From Gemmatimonadaceae bacterium (lineage in GTDB: Bacteria > Gemmatimonadota > Gemmatimonadetes > Gemmatimonadales > Gemmatimonadaceae): 64,000 nucleotides of DNA. The notes beneath the pieces were generated by a model. It was not told the DNA's origin and searched no databases. It was given only the letters and a program-made list of their open reading frames with translations. The stretch is taken from contig JBGAJQ010000003.1 of assembly GCA_044224875.1 (NCBI GenBank), positions 32,001 through 96,000 on the forward strand, in the 5' to 3' direction. The stretch's first letter is position 1. Each line of letters opens with the position of its first letter. Positions 59,582-64,000 of the stretch are shown here, in pieces. Position numbers and translations under genes: made by a program.

Positions 59582-61407
59582 AGACCCTCACGCGTGTCCT
59601 GGCTATCCTGGCCTGCAGCGTAGCGGCACAGGTGCGCGCCCAGGCCCCCACGGTGTCTCGCGTCGATCCGCCGAACTGGTGGCCGCGCCACTCCATCAAT
59701 CCCGTTCGCCTGCTGATCCGAGGCGAGCACCTGACGGGGGCGCGGCTCTCCTGCGCCCCATTGCGGTGCGGTGCCGTGCGCACCAATGCCGCGGGGACGT
59801 ACGCGTTCGTCGACGTCACCGTGCCGCCGGCCACTCGGCCGGGGAACTACCCGCTGTCCTTGCGCACCACGGCTGGAACTGTGGCCGTCCCCTTTTCGCT
59901 CATGGCGCCGCTGGCGCGCGCCGACCGGTTCAAGGGATTCGGACCCAATGACGTCGTGTACCTCATCATGCCGGACCGGTTTGCGAACGGGGACGCGGCC
60001 AACGACAATCCGCCATCTTCACCCGGGCTCGTCGACCGCGCCAAGGGACGCTACTACCACGGCGGAGACCTGGCGGGGGTCCAGGCACGGTTGCCGTACC
60101 TCAAGTCGTTAGGCGTCACGGCCATCTGGCTGAACCCGATCTACGACAACAACAACCAGCTGAACCGCCGGGAGATGTATGACGGTCAACCGATCACCGA
60201 CTATCACGGGTACGGGGCGGTCGACTTCTACGGCGTGGAAGAACACTTTGGCGACCTGTCACAGTTTCGCCAGTTGGTGGATGCTGCGCACGCGATGGGC
60301 ATCAAGATCATCCTGGACATGGTGGCCAACCATACCGGCCCCTACCACCCGTGGGTGACCGACTCACCGAAGCCAACGTGGTACCATGGGACGGCGGAGA
60401 AGCACCTCGCCAACACCTGGCAGACGTGGACGCTGGCCGATCCGTACAGCACGGCGGCCATGCGCGAGGCGACCCTCGACGGCTGGTTCATCGACATCCT
60501 TCCCGACCTGAACCAGGACGATCCGGACGTCGCCAGCTACATCATCCAGAATACGCTCTGGTGGGTGGGGATGAGCGGGATGGATGGCATTCGGCAGGAC
60601 ACCTGGCCCTACGTGCCGCGTCGATTCTGGCGCGACTGGATGAACGCCATCAAGAAAGAATACCCGGCGCTGAAGGTGGTTGGGGAAGTGTTCGATGGAA
60701 ATCCGAACATGATTGCCTTTTTCGAAGGCGGGCGCGCGCAGTTCGACGGCTTGGACGACAAGGTCGACCATCTCTTCGATTTCCCGTTGCTCTTTTCCGC
60801 TCGCCGGGCCTTTGGCGAGGGTCAGTCGATCCGCGACGTCGCCCAACTCCTGTCGAATGACCGGTTGTATCGCGATCCGTCGTCGTTGGTGACATTCCTT
60901 GGCCTGCATGACGTCGCCAGGTTCATGAACGAGCGCGGCGCCACCCCCGAAGGCCTTCGACTGGCCTTCACGTTGTTGCTGACGATTCGGGGCACCCCCA
61001 TGATCTACTACGGTGACGAGATCGGCCTCCCGGGAGGAGGCGATCCGGACAACCGCCGGGACTTTCCCGGCGGATGGGCCGGCGACTCGCGCGATGCGTT
61101 CGCCGCAACCGGCCGGAACCCCGCGGAAGCCTCGATCTTCGATCATGTCCAACGTCTGCTGAAGCTTCGCAGGGAACGTCCGGAACTGCGGGGCACGGCT
61201 TCGGAGCATCTGGTGGTGGGGGATCAGCTCTTTGTATACCGTCGCGGAAAGACTGTCGTCGCGCTGAACAACGATGTGAAGCCGGTGGAAGTGACACTTC
61301 CGGTGACTGGCCTACCTAACGACGCGCTTGGCATATGCGAGGCGCCGACGAAGACTTCGACGGGCGTCATGGTGAGAATCCCTGCGCGCTCGGGCTGCAT
61401 TTTCTAG
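59578..61407 (+). CDS. Exported GH13 alpha-amylase/cyclomaltodextrinase (neopullulanase-like)
   Basis: Signal peptide; VDPPNWW N-domain; YLIMPDRFANG, DMVANH, GIRQDT, VGEV, LHD, GDPDNR. Confidence 0.9.
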   Translation: MKTLTRVLAILACSVAAQVRAQAPTVSRVDPPNWWPRHSINPVRLLIRGEHLTGARLSCAPLRCGAVRTNAAGTYAFVDVTVPPATRPGNYPLSLRTTAGTVAVPFSLMAPLARADRFKGFGPNDVVYLIMPDRFANGDAANDNPPSSPGLVDRAKGRYYHGGDLAGVQARLPYLKSLGVTAIWLNPIYDNNNQLNRREMYDGQPITDYHGYGAVDFYGVEEHFGDLSQFRQLVDAAHAMGIKIILDMVANHTGPYHPWVTDSPKPTWYHGTAEKHLANTWQTWTLADPYSTAAMREATLDGWFIDILPDLNQDDPDVASYIIQNTLWWVGMSGMDGIRQDTWPYVPRRFWRDWMNAIKKEYPALKVVGEVFDGNPNMIAFFEGGRAQFDGLDDKVDHLFDFPLLFSARRAFGEGQSIRDVAQLLSNDRLYRDPSSLVTFLGLHDVARFMNERGATPEGLRLAFTLLLTIRGTPMIYYGDEIGLPGGGDPDNRRDFPGGWAGDSRDAFAATGRNPAEASIFDHVQRLLKLRRERPELRGTASEHLVVGDQLFVYRRGKTVVALNNDVKPVEVTLPVTGLPNDALGICEAPTKTSTGVMVRIPARSGCIF

Positions 61408-61856
61408 CACCGATGAGGATGGCCTCACGTTGAGCAGGCGGTGGCCGTCTTGGCACTGTGCCATGGCGGCCTCCGTCCAGCAGGAACGCCTGGTTTATCG
61501 GCCTGTCCGGGCGCACTAACGGTGGGCTCGATGGCGCCGCGGGCATTGCCGCTCGGCCCTCGTCCGCAGGTGCTCCCGTTCAGAGACTCTGCCTGCACGC
61601 GCTGGCCGTACCACAGCCCATGTAGCCTGGAGCGCGTTCCGCCCTCGTTCTCTGCTGCCCATATCCGATCTGTTGCAAAAGCGTTTCCTTTGCCATGTTT
61701 TCGACCGGTACGAGAGCGGGCGTTCGATCTGTAGTGGCCACTGTGGTCCTGTGCAGGGTTCACTACGCGGGTTCGAACGGGCGAGTCTCTTCCCGATGGA
61801 AGCATGCGAACGTCGAGAGTGCTGACCCGAAGCCAACTACCAACCTGGGGGAGTAC

Positions 61857-64000
61857 ATGCTTGGTTCAGTCGCAGGTCGTCTAAGAATCTTGGCCGCAGG
61901 GCTGGTGCTGGTTGCCGCGAGTGCCATCGCGCGACCGGCCATGGCGCAAAGTGGCACAGTACGTGGCAAGGTGACGGACAGCACGGGCACCGTCGTCGTC
62001 GGTGCGCTGTTCACGGTGGATGGAACCGGCTTGCGCGCGGTCTCCACGGCGCGCGGCACGTACTCCATCGCCGGCATACCAGCCGGCGCGCGACGCCTTC
62101 GCGTGCGTGCGCTCGGGTTCAACCAGGATTCAATCGCAGTAACCGTTGCAGCTGGCCGAGTGACAGACCTCGACATCGTGCTGACGCGCTCGGCGCAGCA
62201 ACTGGCGCCGGTGGCGGTGGTCGTCGGTTCACGCGCACGCCACACGGCGGCCGAGGAGCTTGCCGTGCCGGTCGACGTGTTCACCGTGGAAGAGTTGAAG
62301 ATGACGGGTACCACGGAAACGACACAAATCGTGGCCGCCTTGGCGCCTTCCGTGAACTTTCCCAAGCAGGCCGTAACCGATGCGACCGAAGTCGTGCGGC
62401 CGTTTACGCTGCGAGGCTTGTCACCCGACCACTCGTTGGTGCTGGTGAACGGCGTCCGACGTCACCAGACGGCATTGCTCAACGTCTTCTCGAACGGCTC
62501 GGCTCCTGGTTCCAGCGGGGTCGACCTGAATGCGTTCCCATCCAGCGCGATCGAGCGCATCGAAGTGCTGCGCGATGGTGCCTCCACGCAGTACGGCTCC
62601 GATGCTATCGCGGGCGTGGTGAACCTGGTGTTGAAGGAAGGCCAGTTCTCGCCATTCCTGAACACGTCGTTCGGCCAGTATCGCCCGGGCGCACCGTACA
62701 CGAATGACGGAAACTCGTCCGACGTCTCCGGCGGCGTGGGGTTCAAGGTTGGCCGAGGATCCCTCGGCTTGTTCGCACAGTACCAGAAGCACGAAGCGAC
62801 GAACCGCGCGTGTCCGGATGGCTCGTTCCCCGACCTGAACGGACTGTCGGACTCCGTGGCGAACTGCCGGGTCATCATTCGGCGCGCCAACGTGCCGCAG
62901 CCTAACGTGCACTGGGGCGACGGCCTCGAGCGCGACATCCAGACGTTCGCCAACCTGCGTGTGCCGATCAACGCCAGCGGTACGACGGAGTTGTACGCAT
63001 TCGGCGGGTTCGCCGATCGCGACGGCACCGGGAACGGCTTCTATCGCAAGCCGCAGAACGGGCGCAACTGGCCGGAGATTTATCCGACGGGATTCCTGCC
63101 GCAATTTCGACCGGCGGTCACCGACTACTCCGCGGCCGGGGGTATCCGTGGCAACATGGGTGGATGGGCCTCGGATCTCGGGATGTCTTACGGCTACAAC
63201 AGCTTCAAGTTCAACCTCGAGCACACCCTCAATTCGTCGCTGGGCCCCAGCCTCACCGAGGCGACGGCTCCAGGCAAGGATGGCGTGCTGGGGACTTCTG
63301 ACGATCCGGGGATCCCGAACCAGACCAGCTTCAACGCCGGTGAACTGGCTCGCGGAGAGTTCAATACGAACCTGAGCTTGTCGAAGTCGATGGAGCTGGG
63401 CTTCCCGAAGCCGGTCAACGTGGCGATTGGCGCCGCGTTCCGTCGCGAGACGTACGACGTTGTCGCCGGAGAGTTGGCTTCCTATATCAACGGATACCAC
63501 CTCACGCGCGACAGTTCAGGCGTTGCCACCGCGGGTTCATCCGTATTCCAAGGTTTCGCGCCAAGCGATGCCAGCACCAACAGTCGCACGAACTTTGGTG
63601 GCTACGTCGATCTGGAGACGAACGTCAACGACAAGACGTTGTTGAACGTTGCTGGCCGCTTCGAGAACTACAGCGATTTCGGCTCGAAGGTGACGGGAAA
63701 GGCCGCGCTTCGCTTCCAACCACGCAAGGAGTTCGTGTGGCGCGCGGCGGCGAGCACGGGCTTCCGTGCCCCGGGCCTGCAGCAGTCCTGGTACAGCCAC
63801 ACCACGACGGCGATCCAGAACGGCGTGCTGGTGGAGATCGGCAATTTCCCGGTGACCAACCATGCGTCCCGCGTGTTTGGCGCCAAGCCCTTGAAGGAGG
63901 AAAGCTCGATCAACCTCAGCACCGGTATTGCCTGGACGCCGACTCCGGCATTTACCGCCACGTTGGACTACTACCACATCAAGATCAACGATCGCATCCT
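61857..64000 (+). CDS. TonB-dependent receptor (runs off window end)
   Basis: GGGGGAG RBS; MLGSVAGRL signal; carboxypeptidase-like N-domain; plug motifs LRGLSPDHSLVLVNG and IERIEVLRDGASTQYGSDAIAGVVN; absent from the ORF track because no stop occurs in the window. Confidence 0.9.
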   Translation, partial: MLGSVAGRLRILAAGLVLVAASAIARPAMAQSGTVRGKVTDSTGTVVVGALFTVDGTGLRAVSTARGTYSIAGIPAGARRLRVRALGFNQDSIAVTVAAGRVTDLDIVLTRSAQQLAPVAVVVGSRARHTAAEELAVPVDVFTVEELKMTGTTETTQIVAALAPSVNFPKQAVTDATEVVRPFTLRGLSPDHSLVLVNGVRRHQTALLNVFSNGSAPGSSGVDLNAFPSSAIERIEVLRDGASTQYGSDAIAGVVNLVLKEGQFSPFLNTSFGQYRPGAPYTNDGNSSDVSGGVGFKVGRGSLGLFAQYQKHEATNRACPDGSFPDLNGLSDSVANCRVIIRRANVPQPNVHWGDGLERDIQTFANLRVPINASGTTELYAFGGFADRDGTGNGFYRKPQNGRNWPEIYPTGFLPQFRPAVTDYSAAGGIRGNMGGWASDLGMSYGYNSFKFNLEHTLNSSLGPSLTEATAPGKDGVLGTSDDPGIPNQTSFNAGELARGEFNTNLSLSKSMELGFPKPVNVAIGAAFRRETYDVVAGELASYINGYHLTRDSSGVATAGSSVFQGFAPSDASTNSRTNFGGYVDLETNVNDKTLLNVAGRFENYSDFGSKVTGKAALRFQPRKEFVWRAAASTGFRAPGLQQSWYSHTTTAIQNGVLVEIGNFPVTNHASRVFGAKPLKEESSINLSTGIAWTPTPAFTATLDYYHIKINDRI

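Overview
This is a high-GC (roughly two-thirds by eye), gene-dense bacterial chromosome segment. Gene style and the many lineage-type hypothetical proteins suggest Gemmatimonadota; that assignment is an inference. I found no rRNA, tRNA, CRISPR array, integrase or transposase. The window has about 55 CDSs. They include GT2 glycosyltransferases with a Gfo/Idh/MocA oxidoreductase, M20/M16/M24 peptidases, psuG, TPR proteins, a DsbA-VKOR pair, a PAS hybrid kinase, acs, ppa and an aquaporin. There is also a DUF92-flavoprotein-flavin reductase-methyltransferase-SRPBCC-FabF cluster, ctaA/ctaB, and two genes broken by apparent internal deletions (an APC permease and an Oar-like TonB-dependent receptor). 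A translationally coupled MttB-corrinoid-RamA/RACo-MetH activation domain-homocysteine methyltransferase operon and a maltodextrin locus (malQ, MFS, GH13, TBDR) lie in the last quarter. The strongest unexplained signal is a dispersed non-palindromic motif, GCCTAACG/CGTTAGGC. I counted about 47 copies of its CCTAAC core by eye, about 32 of them the exact octamer. It occurs equally on both strands, sits inside genes through rare codons (TTA, CTA, AGG) and at many stop codons, and is absent from the 7.6 kb block carrying the corrinoid operon.
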